Shown here: positions 51,761-64,000 of the stretch, piece by piece
Numbering within the stretch: the first letter of the stretch is position 1
Layout: each line of letters opens with the position of its first letter
Source of the DNA: Hydrolagus affinis
Lineage: Eukaryota
Direction of reading: 5' to 3'
Length of the DNA stretch: 64,000 nt
NCBI GenBank assembly: GCA_012026655.1
Contig: JAAILG010000151.1
Location: 62,001-126,000 of the forward strand
The notes under the pieces: generated by a model
What the model saw: only the letters and a program-made list of their open reading frames with translations
Told to the model about the DNA's origin: nothing
Database searches by the model: none
Position numbers and translations under genes: made by a program

Positions 51761-53364
51761 CATCCAGACAAACAACACGCATTGTTGACTCCTTCCCCCA
51801 ACAGCTTCCTCTTTAATGATCATCTCTGGCATTTTATGCTGTGAGTTGACTGTAATCGCTGACATAGGAAAATTGCTGAGGTAAACTGAAGAGGGCTGAC
51901 AATCACCACCTCCCCCTCGCCTGAGAGCCCGTCACCCACTCCTCCCAAATCCTGACACTGATTGATGAAGAGGCCTGTTTTATACGAGGGGTGGGAGTGG
52001 GTGGGGGGATGGGAGGGGTGGAGCGGTGGTGGGGGAGGTGTTTCCACTCCTTGCAGCCATGGTTTCCCTTCTGCTGCTTGTTCATCCAGGTCCGTGAAAG
52101 GAATTCCCATAAGAGCTAAATGTCTCTCTGTCCCTTTGTCACCGTTGACCCAACAGTCAATACAGAGCGGGTCACGGGGTGCAGCACAGAAGCTTTTGAA
52201 ATGCACTGGGCCATTGACCAAAATAACTGGGAACAATCGGGCGGCTCCCAATGCCGCCGTCATTCCAGATACTGCACGCTTTCCCAGCGTGGAATAAGCA
52301 GGAGGCACATCCCAAAAAACTGCAAAATATTTCTGAAGGATGTGCACCATTGGTTTTTTCTTCACTCCCATCTGCAGACTAAACCCCCCCCACCCCCAGT
52401 CTCACCCAATCGGCTCCTGTACTTTCTGTACAGTTCTAATGACCGGTTTCCATCGGTTTGGAAACAAAAGTTTGCCTCGGGGGGCGTTATTGAGCCAAGC
52501 CACCAACTTCTCCAGCTTTGAACCATGAACGTCAACACGCAGTGTGTTGGGTGTAAATAGGTAATTGTCAGCACACTCACTGTTGTGTTGTGTAAGTGTT
52601 CGTGGGTTGAAGATCGCGCACGCCAAGTTCCTCATTGTATCGCTTTTCATTACATAATATGCCCCCCACATCTTCTTTTACCATCTTGAGACTGCTGTTG
52701 GTCGGTGGGACCTTGGTCAATATTTGCACAGCGAATTCAGTCCAGCAAACCCAGGCCAGACTAAAGTCTGGACAGCAGCTCAAACTCCAGGGCCACTTTT
52801 AGAGGAGAGCCAAGGTCCTCCACTTAATTTAGTCATCATCAGTTATTATGGCTTGTGAAGGTTTTTTTGAAAGGGAAAGTTCATATCACTCTCAGTTATA
52901 CAATTCTTGCCTTCACTTTGGAAAAACAAAATCGCAGCCCTGCTTCCTCGCTCATTATAAGCTGCCTGTTTGATCTGTACCAGATGGTGACAGGGCTGGT
53001 AAGTATGAAGTCACCCTTATCTGAAGTTCATATTTATTTGACATTTTTGGACAGGCTCCATTAATGCAAAAACCCACTTGTGTCTGTGTGGTTTTCTTGC
53101 CAAATAGTGTTGTCTCAGTTTCTGGAAAAGGACGTGCACCAATTCCTCTCATTTCCAGGACTATTTATTAGCTTTGCTGACATAGCATTTCTCAAGCTCA
53201 CCAACATGATTGCTTGTTATGGCAATTCCCCTCTCCCCAACCCAACCCCCACTCCTATACCAGCCCCAAATCCTCAAGCCCCTTTCCACAGCTCTCTCTG
53301 CCAACTCCCTTTCCCCCTGCCCCCCTCTCCCATTGGAGTTTAGCCAAGGATGGGGTAATTGGGG

Positions 53365-53483
53365 TGAAGAACTTTCTCTTCGACCTTATGGTCACCTTCC
53401 CGCTCGGCCTCGAGCTCCGTCATTGTGAAGCGCTCTGAGTCACTACGCTGCATGTAGGGCACTGTCCAAATGCAAGTTGTTGT
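53365..53483 (+). mobile_element. L2 3' end fragment
   Basis: Similar to 27995-28137 (TTTCTCTTCGA...GGTCACCTT...TGTGAAGCGCTCTGAG...AAGTTGTTG). Confidence 0.78.
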
Positions 53484-54189
53484 AGGAGTTTGGAATCAAT
53501 TCTGCGAAGGCTTCTAATCAAATCAAGTTTTTTAATAGGTCAGATAGTGAAATTGGTTCCTAATCTCATTGCCAGTCTAGGAATTGGGGGTGTTGCCCAC
53601 AACAGCTCTGATTTACTCGCAAAAGGTTAAAGTCTTAGGCACCGACTCTCTCGATTAGTGCACATAATTTGCTTTGAAAATAATTGGATTCATTAAAAAA
53701 TAATATTGAAGTTTGTAGAGACAATGATGGTTAGCAGGAGGCACTGGCTCCTTGTATAATCCTATATCAAAATGTTTTATTGATAACAGCTGTGTTTTGA
53801 ACATGTATTTGGTATTGGAATAGTTTTTCTGCAGTTATTTCATGGTATCTCTCGTGACTGTGTCAGTTTTATGCTTATATAAGGGATCCAGAGCTCTTTA
53901 AACAATCTTGTACTCCAGTGTAGTTGCTGCGTGTTCAGACACAATGGCTGTGATCATATTACTGTCCGGGTTAATCCTTTGAGGTCTGCAGTAGCGCCTC
54001 TGCCTGAAAATGAAAAATATCCTCTATATAATCTCATTATATCTCACCAGTGGCAGCGAGTTACAGCAGTCTTTTCACTAGTGTGAAAGACCTGTAACTC
54101 ATGAATGCTGTGGGGGTAAGAGTTATAGTGGTATTTTGCACTTGTGAAGGAATGGCTGGAGATGGCTATCACTGGTGAGCTATTCTGTT

Positions 54190-54319
54190 CTGACGAAGGG
54201 TTGTAGACCCGAAATGTTGACTCCTTTTCCTCTCTCCATGGATGCTGCCTGACCTGCTGGTTTCCCCAGCAACTTCTGTTTTTGTTTCAGATTCCCAGCA
54301 TCTGTAGTATTTTGTGTTT
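54190..54319 (+). mobile_element. 130-bp Penelope-type short element starting with a hammerhead-like core, with a 14-bp TSD
   Basis: Direct repeat TGAGCTATTCTGTT at 54176-54189 and 54320-54333. Begins CTGACGA-A-GGGT(TGTAG)ACCC-GAAA. Homologous copies at 22939 and 35163. Confidence 0.75.
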
Positions 54320-55264
54320 TGAGCTATTCTGTTTGTTCACTGGCTCAAGGTTTCAGATGAATTGTTTTCCCCCTTAGATGAATCCTGTGTCTGGAAGCTG
54401 ATATTTTATGTACTATTTTTCACATTTATAATATTGATCCAGTGCAAAGAAAGGCTGCACATCACACACTTGCAATCATTTTCTTCTTACAACTTTGCTT
54501 AAAAGACCATTAAGCAACGCGGGCTGGTGGTATGCGTTTCCTCCAATTCCATATCTTATTCAGCTCTCACAAAATCTCGGGAGTCTTTTTGAAGTTGTTA
54601 TGAAGAAATTCGTATGCTTTGAAATAGCAAAGGGCATTTGAAATTGGAGGCATTATTAATAATAAACATCACAGGTAATTGATTTGCAGTTCGAGTGAAC
54701 CCTATTTGTTGGCAAACCCCACCGACAATGTCCGCCCAGCAGGTCCCATTGTGAAATGAAATGAGTGACCACAATAACAACAACAAAATTACATTTCTAG
54801 ATCTCGGGAGGACATCCCGTCCCAAGGCACTGATTAGTTTACCTGGAGGAGTGTTGGTTAGGACAGTGGGAGTGAGAAACTCTTTCTTCTCTTTCCTCGA
54901 GTAAGTACCAAGAGATGAACACTTTGTAGGAAAATTCACTCTCTAATATGGAATGCTTAATTTCTGTGACATGTATTTAAAAAATGCCTATTGCAACCTG
55001 CTGTAATAAAAATTTAATACATAAAGCTAAATATTTTTTATTCCATTAGATAGGCAGTGTTGTGTTTAGCCCATATCCTATCCCCATTTTCGTATCAGTT
55101 TACACATAGCCAGTACCCATGCTCTGAATACTCCAGGAAATCTACTTTAGCTAATTTATATAATTTCTTCATAAATACAGTGTTGCTGGCCTTTATAGAT
55201 AACGTCTCTGTGTAATGCTGCTGTGAGGGACTGCGCTGGACACAACACTTGCTCTTCTGACTGT

Positions 55265-55580
55265 ATGCATTGAGCTGCATGCTAATTGGTTAATGTGGAG
55301 CAAAGGTATGTTATTGCTGTGTTTAATGGGATGGCTGATGAATTTCCGACCTGGCTAATAAATTTTGTGATGGGTTAATTTGCGACCAGTAATGAGAAAC
55401 AGAATCCAGCCCCCGCAGCTATGCGCGATATCCTCGGTGTGTATCCCACCAGCCATCAGCTTCTCAACATGGCAGGATAGCACTGAATACAATCGTGTTC
55501 AGTATAGAGATTGTTACCGTAATTGCATCACTTCAAAATTACATTCTACAAATTTGTCGTTTATCTCTGATTAAGTCCGG
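55265..55580. promoter_or_regulatory. Candidate conserved non-coding element
   Basis: Dense CTAATTGG, TTAATG, CTAATAAA, TTAATTT and GTAATTG homeobox cores; repeat-free. Confidence 0.45.
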
Positions 55581-56049
55581 CTACAGTTGTGAAATCTGAG
55601 ATCTAACCGACTGGTTCATAGCACTTTAGGTGCTTTGAGCTTTCAAAACCCACCCAGTGTTTTTAACGTAATGCATTCAAACTTCAAACCTTTGGCTTAG
55701 GTCTAATGGGGGAAATGTAAGGACTCAGAAAGCATTTTAAAATCCATTTTTTTTTTAAAGTCAATTGAAAATGCTGCTCTCGGTTTCATGCTGTATGTAG
55801 AATTACTGCAGTTTCTTTGCTGAGCGTTAAAGATGCTGCCAGGAATCTCTTAATAACATATTGAGTAACTGTACTGTTTAATACAGAACATGAAGCAGTA
55901 GTTACCGTCCTTGGTATGTGCTGACTTAGTTGATCTGAGCCAGCAATGGACTTCAGTGAGCCAAGAGAGGGGAAGGCATGGTCAGGCTTCTCAAAGTTTA
56001 TTAAAGCCTTTTTGAAAGTGAATGTGTGAATGTACAACTCAGTTGGACT

Positions 56050-56393
56050 ATATTATCCTTGCATTTTGATATAACGCTTACAGACGTTATATAACTTATA
56101 GACATTGATAAAATATCTTATAGTCGTCTCAAAGCACTTCACAGAATATGCTGTAAAGTGAATTGACTGCGTTTGTGTGGGCGAAACACGGCAGCCAATT
56201 GCGCACAGCAGCGTCTCCACAAACAGCCGTGGATTGAAATGACCCAAGTTTGTAATTGCTTTTTTTCGAGAGATTACTGTTATCAGGCATGTGAAGTGAA
56301 GCAAGGAACCTTGCCCACAGTTTCACCCTGCTGGGAATCGAACCCAGGTTTCCTGCTTGCGTGGCGAGTGCTCTAACCACTGAGCTACAGGAC
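56050..56393 (-). mobile_element. Full-length tRNA-derived SINE, variant subfamily with a rearranged tail
   Basis: Minus strand has AGTCCTGTAGCTCAGTGGTTAGAGCAC and GGTTCGATTCC. The body matches the other copies, the middle diverges, and the tail carries extra sequence. Confidence 0.9.
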
Positions 56394-59261
56394 TCCGGGT
56401 GGCATAGTGGGTGGCTCGCTAAACCTCAGTGTATTCCACACGTTGCTTTGCTTTGTGTAAAATCAAGGTTCTGCCGACTCCCCCGTTGCCTTGACCTGAG
56501 TTGTAATTCTGTCCCGCAGTGTTTGGAAACCTTGGCCATATTGAACAATTCAGATCTGCAATCTAACAACCTTGAACAGACTGAACAATCTTAAAAGATA
56601 TCGATAGCTTACCTGGAATGGAATCAGATTTTTTGGTTGTTTGTGTGTGTGTGTCTGTGTGTGTATCTGTGTGTGTGAGCGATCACAAACGCCTGTCATT
56701 TCGTTGGTTGTGGAATGCTGATAGAATGTGTTCGCTGGGAAATGTTTGAGGGAAGTACGGTACGTTGCACGGTTTGGGTTGAAGTAGCTGATGAGAAATG
56801 ACCTTTTCAATATGACTGCGGATTTGAGAAGATCTTATAATTTGATTGCCAGGAGAGCGTTTCTCACAGTATTATTGAAAACTCAATAAATTTGGTCTCT
56901 GTGGCTCCTGCCCACAATCCCCTCGAGCTTGAGACGGCGATGATGGCAGTGTGAGACCTTATTTTAGCAGAATTTCTTAATTGGTATGTGGTCTACATCC
57001 CAAATTGAATATCCAGAGCACAAGTGAAGGTTAACATCTTAGCACTTGTTCTGAACGATTGGGAAATGAGTGGAGCACAGCTACTTTTCGCTCTGTTCCA
57101 GTAAGGTATAGTGTTACAGTGCAAATCGGGTTTGTTCCCTTTAGCGTTAAAGTGATGGGAGAGCTTTCAAGGAGGAGGTTCAAGGTGTTTGTTGTGAAAT
57201 GGGAACTGGAAATAAATGGAACAGATTCAAACACTTGAAGGAAGATTGTTGGTGAAGTTAGGTAAACGTTTTTCCTGTGCGATGCATTCCTTTCAAATCC
57301 CTTCTCTTTTCAAATTAGTCTAATTACATCGGTGGCCTAGTTACACGGTCCGGTCGCTCAACACAACCCAGTTGCGTTCAGATGAGAACGCTGACGTCAA
57401 TGCCAATCTTTGCCAAGCCCAACAACGAAGTTACGGGAACTGATTGATGTGGCTTGAGAAAAGGATAACTCAATCTGTTACAAATAGCGTGTTCAGAAGC
57501 ATCGGTGCCTCGACATATAGGTACCCCAGCTCAAACCCCCCCCCGTTGCTAAAATATATCTCAGGTGGTTACGCATAAAACACTTTGGAAGACACTTTGC
57601 ATATAACAGTGACTCCATGTTCCCATTTCACTTTCCCTTCAAGTGGAACAAAGTTATCTGCCACGAGTCTCTATCATTCTTGTGATTTGTAACATTAAAC
57701 ACACAGCTCCGGAGTTTGACTGCTGCGTGAATCAATTCCTGTATGTTGTAAATGCATTTTGTTTCTCTGCATAAATATTTTAGAAAGGTTTCGGCTCTTC
57801 CTTCAGCTGAGCGAGGGTTTGGAGTAAATTTAGTATTTAACAGCTTCCTGTCAGCATCTGTAGCTCAAAGCCATCAGATGTAAAATCATTAGCAGTTTAC
57901 GCGCATAATACATTCTGACATTTTTCGTTTCATGCAAGACTATGTGTGCATAATGGTGTGTGAGAATTCTGCCTCCTCTTTGTAAGTGTTGAAGGACGTC
58001 ACTTCTGTGTGTTGTTGTTCCCATGTTTGCTCATTCGCCTTTGGAAAGAAAGGCAGGATGATGTGTGTTCCTCCTCAGCTTTTCATGCCTTGTCCAGTCT
58101 GGGTTAATTATTAGAAGGTACAGTACACCTTTGTGAGGTTGTAATAACATTAATAAAATGATGATATTTTTGCGTCTCGGAATGAACGACCTGCTTCTGT
58201 AGATGATCATTTGAGAGAGTTAAGATCGAGGCTCGGCCTTGAAAAGCAAAGCAGATTGAAGGCGATGGAAAGGGCAAGGAGATGTTGGCGAAGGCCGTCA
58301 CACAAGGAGAAGTGAGCTCAGCTGAGACTTTTGCAAATAGAACGGTGAAAATGTAAATCCACTGCTAAACATCCCAACCGCAATTGGGTTGGCAAACTTG
58401 GCACAGCTTCTTCTTTGTTTGGTGCAAGGGGAGTGGAGGCTGGTACGATGGCAAGTTAGATAGTGGCCTCCAATATAGAGAGACATTACATCACTACCTC
58501 AGCGGGCATTTAAACTTCCCTAGTTACCCAAATGTCAAAGCTAAACAGTCTCGGGTATAAACCCTTAACTGTCCCAACGCCTCGGGACGTGAAAGACGCT
58601 GTATAAATGTCATTGGTTGGAGTTGTTGACTGGTTTATGCGTTTTTACTGGAAGTTATGGGTTCACATTAGTCTAAAGGTCCTCATGAAAGAAAGAAATT
58701 AGGAACCAAGTGATCACAAGACATGTACCAGAGGGCTGTTTTACAAACCTTCCAGACTTTACACTAATGCTTTGTTTCTATATTGCAACTTTTATAAAGA
58801 GTGCAGTGTGCTACAGAGCCAGCCTCCCAACATCATCAAAAGAGCCTGAAGTTCATTCACTTGAAGCTGTTCAGTTGGCAGCGTTCATGTGATCAGGGCA
58901 TCTCCAAATAAGATTTGAGAAAGTTAGGTTCCTGAAACTTGAGGGAAGTTTACAAAAGTAAATGTCTATCCCGGGCCAAAGTTGTCATTTCTGACACATT
59001 AATCCCTTTTATTTTTTTTCCAAAACACAGATTTGTTCCATATAATAGAATTCACAAAAGACAAGTTAGCATTCATATGTAATGCCTTTCACATCAGGAT
59101 GTCTTGAAGGTGCTTTATGTGTGTCTGTATTTCTTCTCTTGTTTAACTGTAATGTAACCGAACAAAGGATTAAAAACTCCCAAGTCACTGAATTAAAGTG
59201 ACAGTCCCAAGGTGTGAGTGATTTGCTGTGGGTACTAAACAGCCAAACGTGAGAGCTGTAA

Positions 59262-59588
59262 AGCTTCCTGTAGCTCAGTGGTTAGAGCACTCGCCTTACA
59301 AGCGTAAGAGCTGTGTTTGAATCCAGGCAGGTCAGGGCAAAACCTTCGGCAAGTTTCCTTATTCCACACACATGCCTAATAATAATCCCTCCAAAAAAAA
59401 CACAATAATAAAATTGGTCATTTCAATCCACGGCTATTTGTGGGGACACTACTGTGCACAATTGGCTGCCGCGTTTCATCCACAAATATACAGTCAATTC
59501 ACTTTACAGTATATTCCGTGAAGCGCTTTGAGAGACGTCGATAAGACGTGAAAAGCGCTATATCAAATGCGAGGATTATTATTATTAT
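59262..59588 (+). mobile_element. Full-length tRNA-derived SINE, same family
   Basis: CTGTAGCTCAGTGGTTAGAGCAC head, GTTTGAATCC B box, AGCGCTTT/AAAGCGCT tail stem, (ATT)n end. Confidence 0.93.
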
Positions 59589-60339
59589 AAATGAATTTGA
59601 TTGCTTTGGGCTGAGTGACGGGAATGTTCTTTGGGATTATTTGACTGTAGTGACTGTTCTCTGGAGTTTGTGTGTGAGTGTGTGTGTGTGTATGGACCTG
59701 CACTGGGGGAGGATCAAACTTCACATGCCCTATGTGCTAATGAACATCATATGGTCTTCTCTGTAACACTACAGATTAGCTGTGGGTTGGCAGATACAGA
59801 TGTTCAACTAAAGAGTTTCTCTGATGTAGGATTTCTGTATATCTATAGTTACTGCTATCATTAGTGAAAAATCTTTTAATACTTTAGATGTGAAGTTCAA
59901 TAGATCTATCCATTATTACCTGGATTATCTGAACACAAGTACTAATGTTGGTTTGGAAGTATAGTCAGACTAATTAATTTCACCAGTCCTCTGGATTTCA
60001 TTTGCTCACACCTCGATAGAGGAACCAGCTGAATTACCTTGTGCAGCAACAACAACAACAACAAAATTACATTTATACACCTATTATACATTTATACACC
60101 AGCCTTGTGCACTGAACACGAGGCTGGCCGATTTCAGTGCAAATTCATACAAGATCCACCATCTGTTCTGTGGCATAAACACTACCACATCCCAAACTGT
60201 CCAAACCCACCTCAGTCTGTGTCTGAGACCGACCCGGCTCGGGAAGAGTCTCCTCCTGAGTATCTGCTTGCTGCCCTTCAGTGTTTATGGGTAACGCAGG
60301 TACAGAGTGAATTTCTGTTGAGATTCCCCCTTCTCAGTT

Positions 60340-60605
60340 CATAGAATCATAGAATCTTACGGCACAAATGGAGGCCATTCGGCCCATCGAGTCAGTGCCA
60401 GCTCTTTAAAAAGAGCAATTCAATCCCACTCCCCAGCTCTCTCTCTCCCCATAACCTCGCGAACCCGTCCTCCCAAAATAAATGTCTACCTCTTTTTTAA
60501 AAGTTATTATCGAATCGGCCTCCACCACAATGCATTCCAGGCAATGCATTCCAGATTCCTACAACTCGCTGAGTGAAAACATTTATCCTCCACTCTGCTT
60601 CTTTT
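60340..60605 (-). mobile_element. CR1 LINE 3' end
   Basis: Terminal ATTCTATG-type octamer repeat (ATAGAATCATAGAAT on +); minus-strand FTQRVVGIWNALP motif. Confidence 0.88.
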
Positions 60606-61995
60606 TGAAACTATTTTAAGTCCGTGACCAAGTTATAGACTTGTTTTATTCCAACTGACTCTACTAAACCCGTGGCCTTTTGACTCTGCGTATGGTTCAG
60701 CTGTGTGCTTGGCACTGACTTGTCCAATGAGCCCACATCAGCAGCAAAGCCAAACTCCATTGAACCCTCTATATAATTGGTCTGTGCAATCTACACAGTT
60801 GAAGAATGTGATACTGAGCTGAAAGGAAGTTTCAGCTCAGGTAGGAAAAAGGAACGGAATGAGGCGGTCGGATTTGCCCGCTCTTTACTGAAATAGTAAC
60901 TAAATAACTCATATTTCCACTTGAGATAGTGGCTTATCATGTTGAAACATCTCAAAGAAGGTAAATGAGAGTTTCCTGTAAGGTGTAGTAAGTAGTTACT
61001 GCGGAGGCAAATGCAGTTAAAATCTCAACTGAATAAAGGCGACTCGAATATTGGAAGCTTTGAATACGTGCCCTGATTTATTCTGAATAAAATAACAAAG
61101 ATTTAGGAAGGTAGTAGTCAGGGTCACTTTGCTGGAGGCTCTCAGCTTGAAGTGAAGATTCACTTCAATGTGGTTTCCTGGCGGTGTCTGGTGATGGGGA
61201 GAAGCGCAGTTAACGTCACGTACGGGCCTGTTTTATGGGGGAACTTTCACACAGAAGAAAATAGCTGAAAATTGGAGGGTGGACAAAAAAATCTTGATGC
61301 ATTTCTGACTTCCTTCGACACACACCCACACTCTCTCTCACTCACTCACTCACACACACACACACACACACAGTGATGCCCCACGCTCCTGAAATGAGTC
61401 AGACTGGGCATGCTACATTTGCAGTACCATTCACCAGGCCTTCTGTACAAATGTTGTGGCAAACCATCTGGTTTGAGCCGTGTTGGTGAGGAACCACTGT
61501 CCCAATTCTCTCCAGGCCTTTGGTGAAGCTCCTCGGGCACCTTCTGAGCCGTTCCAGACATCTTGATGCTTGTCATACAGTGAAAGAAGCATCTCTTTTC
61601 AGTGAAGTGTTAATTGGTGATGTGTAAATATTTGTTTAGACATTGCAAGCAGGACAGCAAGACGATAAATCAAACAAGTAGTTTGCTTACAAATCCGTCA
61701 AGCCTCATTTGCATGGGGAGTTGAGAAGCAAAGGGTTGTGATTTTCAGGATGGAGCTGTTGGTTGACTTACAGTGTTGTTTTCACTGATCCTGCTCAAGT
61801 TCAACTTGCTAAAGTTCAACATAAGCAATTTTGAAAAATTGCTGCAAAAAGATTTGTAATCTGATCAAGTATTTTTTTCTCTTACTTTTTAGACCTAGAC
61901 ACACCCAAGAAAAATATATCTCATTTTGACATTCCAATTCATGCATCGAATGCATTGAAAATTCAAAAGTATCTTTGATGATGATAACAGGTCAT

Positions 61996-62205
61996 CATAG
62001 AATAATAGAATTTTACAGCACAAAAGGAGGCCATTCGGCCCATCTAGTCTGTGCCGGCTCTTTGAAAAGAGCAACTCAATCCCACTGCCCCGCTCTCTCC
62101 CCATAATCTAACAGACCTGTCCTCCCTAAATAAAGATCTAATTCTCTTTCAAAAGCTGTTATAGAATCGGCCTCCACCACCTTTTCATGGCAATGCATTC
62201 CAGAT
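61996..62205 (-). mobile_element. CR1 LINE 3' end
   Basis: Aligns with the 60340 copy (GGAGGCCATTCGGCCCATC; GAATCGGCCTCCACCAC; AATGCATTCCAGAT). Confidence 0.87.
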
Positions 62206-63824
62206 GTGACGGTGTTTCCTCAGACAGCAGCCCCCCCACCACCCCAGGAAGATTAAAATGATTCTCAATCCTCTTGACGATCTGATATTGCAGTTAGCAT
62301 TAGAACCACAGCACGCTCTGCCCCTTTAACGTAAATTAGAGAATAGGTGAGAAGGCTCACTCGCTTGATGTGACACCACCCCAAAGGCTGCCTTATTAGT
62401 GAGGCCCTGAATGGGGAGGTGGGGTAAAATGTGCTGATCTCCACGGAATTCTGCCTTTCCCTCCAGAGGAAGGGCTCGGCCTCCAGTCGGCACCTCACTT
62501 GATCAGGAATTTCCTGCGTGAGTAATGGTGAGTGCCATTTCATATTGTCATCAAACTGTCCATTCAGCTTCTCACAGTGACTGACAACGCAGTCTATACT
62601 GTGTGTATGTCAAGGCAAGTAATTGAGGTGCGTTCTGTGATATTCAACCCTGGATTCCCTTCCCTCGCCAACTTTAATGAGTAGTTTAAACAAAGCAGCG
62701 TTGGAAGTGATGGCCGCCAGCCTTGGAGGCAAAGGAAAAAATATCACAGAGGCAGTACCTTGAACTTTGTGAGCTGCCCCTTAGTTTGAAACTTTGTAGG
62801 AAAGTTCTGTTGATTCTTTACACCAAAAAGTAGGTTGATTTCTAATGGAATGTCTCACTAATTACTGAGCGCACATGGTCATTATGTTCTGGTGACCAGA
62901 AGTCCCATCACATGAACCTGTAGACAATCTTCTCTGAGTTAGCCGAATTCCAGTGTGAAACCCTGTGTGATGCGATTCCAGTGGATGTCGCCATTTGTTC
63001 CTTGAAGTATTTTCTGGAGGAATGCTGTTAGCTTCACTGCGTCCCCCTCAGCTCTGGCTCGGCTGCCTTGGGAGCAGTTGGAGATACACATGAGGACACA
63101 AGGTTGCAGAGGTATAACTGTGACCCTTCATTCATTATACAAAGCTGCTGTGCCAGGGTAACGATTTGACTCAGATCACACTGCGGAGATGTGTCTGGTC
63201 CTGTGTGGGAGCGGAACAAGTTCTTTCGCTCTTCCCTCTTCCTGGACATCCACATGTGGACTTGTAAGCTGGTGGGGGTTACTGGCCTATGGTCAGAGCA
63301 GAATCCCTAGTTTCCTCCCCTCTCTGCTCTGGGTCTATATTGACCTGGTGTAGCCTCCTGTGCTGCTGGGTTGAGAATTGTTTTAACTCGACCTAAATCC
63401 CAGCAGGTGCAGATGTCCTGTTGAGTAGCGTTGCTGAGGTCTGCACTGAGTCCGTACACAGACACCTGGAACAGAGTTTACAACTGTTACTGTTGCCAAA
63501 CCAGAGCTATGTTGGCACGTTTAGCTTTGACTGAAGTCAGTTGGATTGCGCAGAACTTCATGTCATCTCTCCCCCTCTCCTTCATAAGTCAGGCGATGAC
63601 AGAGGGCTGGAGATGGTACAAATAGCCAACGGCACCAAGCCATTGATCAAGCCTTGGCTCCTGTCACCCAGGTAAACACTGAGGGGAGTGAGAAGGCCTT
63701 GGGATGTCCTCTCGACGTGAGAGACGCGAGGCAAGTGTTGTTACAGTTGTTGTTGCTGAGAAGCAAATAGAACAAAGGCCTATTAAGCACTACAGCAGCA
63801 CCTCTTAAAAATCACCTCGTTATG

Positions 63825-64000
63825 ATAATGATAATAATAATCCTCGCAGTTGATACAGCGTCTTATCAAGTTTTCAAGACGTTTTCAAAGCACTTCACAG
63901 GATCTATTTTAATCGACTGTATATTCTGTGCGCGCAAAAGCGGCAGCCAATTGCGCACAGCAGTCTTACAAACAGCCATGAATTCAGTAACCAAACTATT
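63825..64000 (-). mobile_element. SINE 3' half, cut by the window edge
   Basis: (AAT)n tail and GGCAGCCAATTGCGCACAGCAG body. Confidence 0.85.

Larger units (their letters stand above)
1951..64000 (+). other. FBRSL1: Large intron downstream of the FBRSL1 36-nt exon, at least 62 kb, running off the window
   Basis: Begins with a canonical GTAAGT. A manual scan of TGTGAY/TGCGAY sites found no AG-flanked 30-nt exon encoding CDSES..DDK. Confidence 0.7.

Noticed and set aside
51820-52371. 183-aa minus-strand ORF and overlapping ORFs
   Set aside because: Low-complexity Pro/His stretch from G-runs, no family resemblance, no exon structure.
53988-54006. Possible CTCF site
   Set aside because: The core AG positions do not match the consensus when aligned on GGCGC.
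59262-59335. Apparent tRNA gene (also at 29410-29484, 33370-33445, 56330-56393)
   Set aside because: These are SINE heads: no proper acceptor stem or terminator, and each continues into the SINE body.

Overview
Vertebrate, not microbial, genomic DNA. The repeat content (tRNA-head SINEs with L2-type tails, Deu-domain SINE relics, L2, CR1 and a short Penelope-type repeat) points to a cartilaginous fish, possibly a chimaera such as Callorhinchus milii; the species is my inference. The only coding sequence I can support is a 36-nt phase-0 exon at 1915-1950 (+), encoding SSAHSFSGRGYS. It matches my recollection of the FBRSL1 (AUTS2 family) peptide SSAHAVSGRGYS. I could not find the expected next 30-nt exon (CDSES..DDK), so the remaining ~62 kb appears to be one very large intron. 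That intron holds candidate enhancer-like non-coding blocks, many retroposons, a pogo/Tigger-like MITE, several fold-back elements and a 100-N gap. The ORF track is essentially noise apart from this exon and decayed LINE ORF2 pieces. I see no convincing new multi-gene system. The best leads are: a 130-bp TSD-flanked element that starts with a hammerhead-ribozyme core; a covarying 3' stem shared by three retroposon tail families, with many tail-only copies; candidate unannotated cassette or poison exons; a ~510-bp palindrome; and a dense POU-octamer cluster. All alignments were done by eye.
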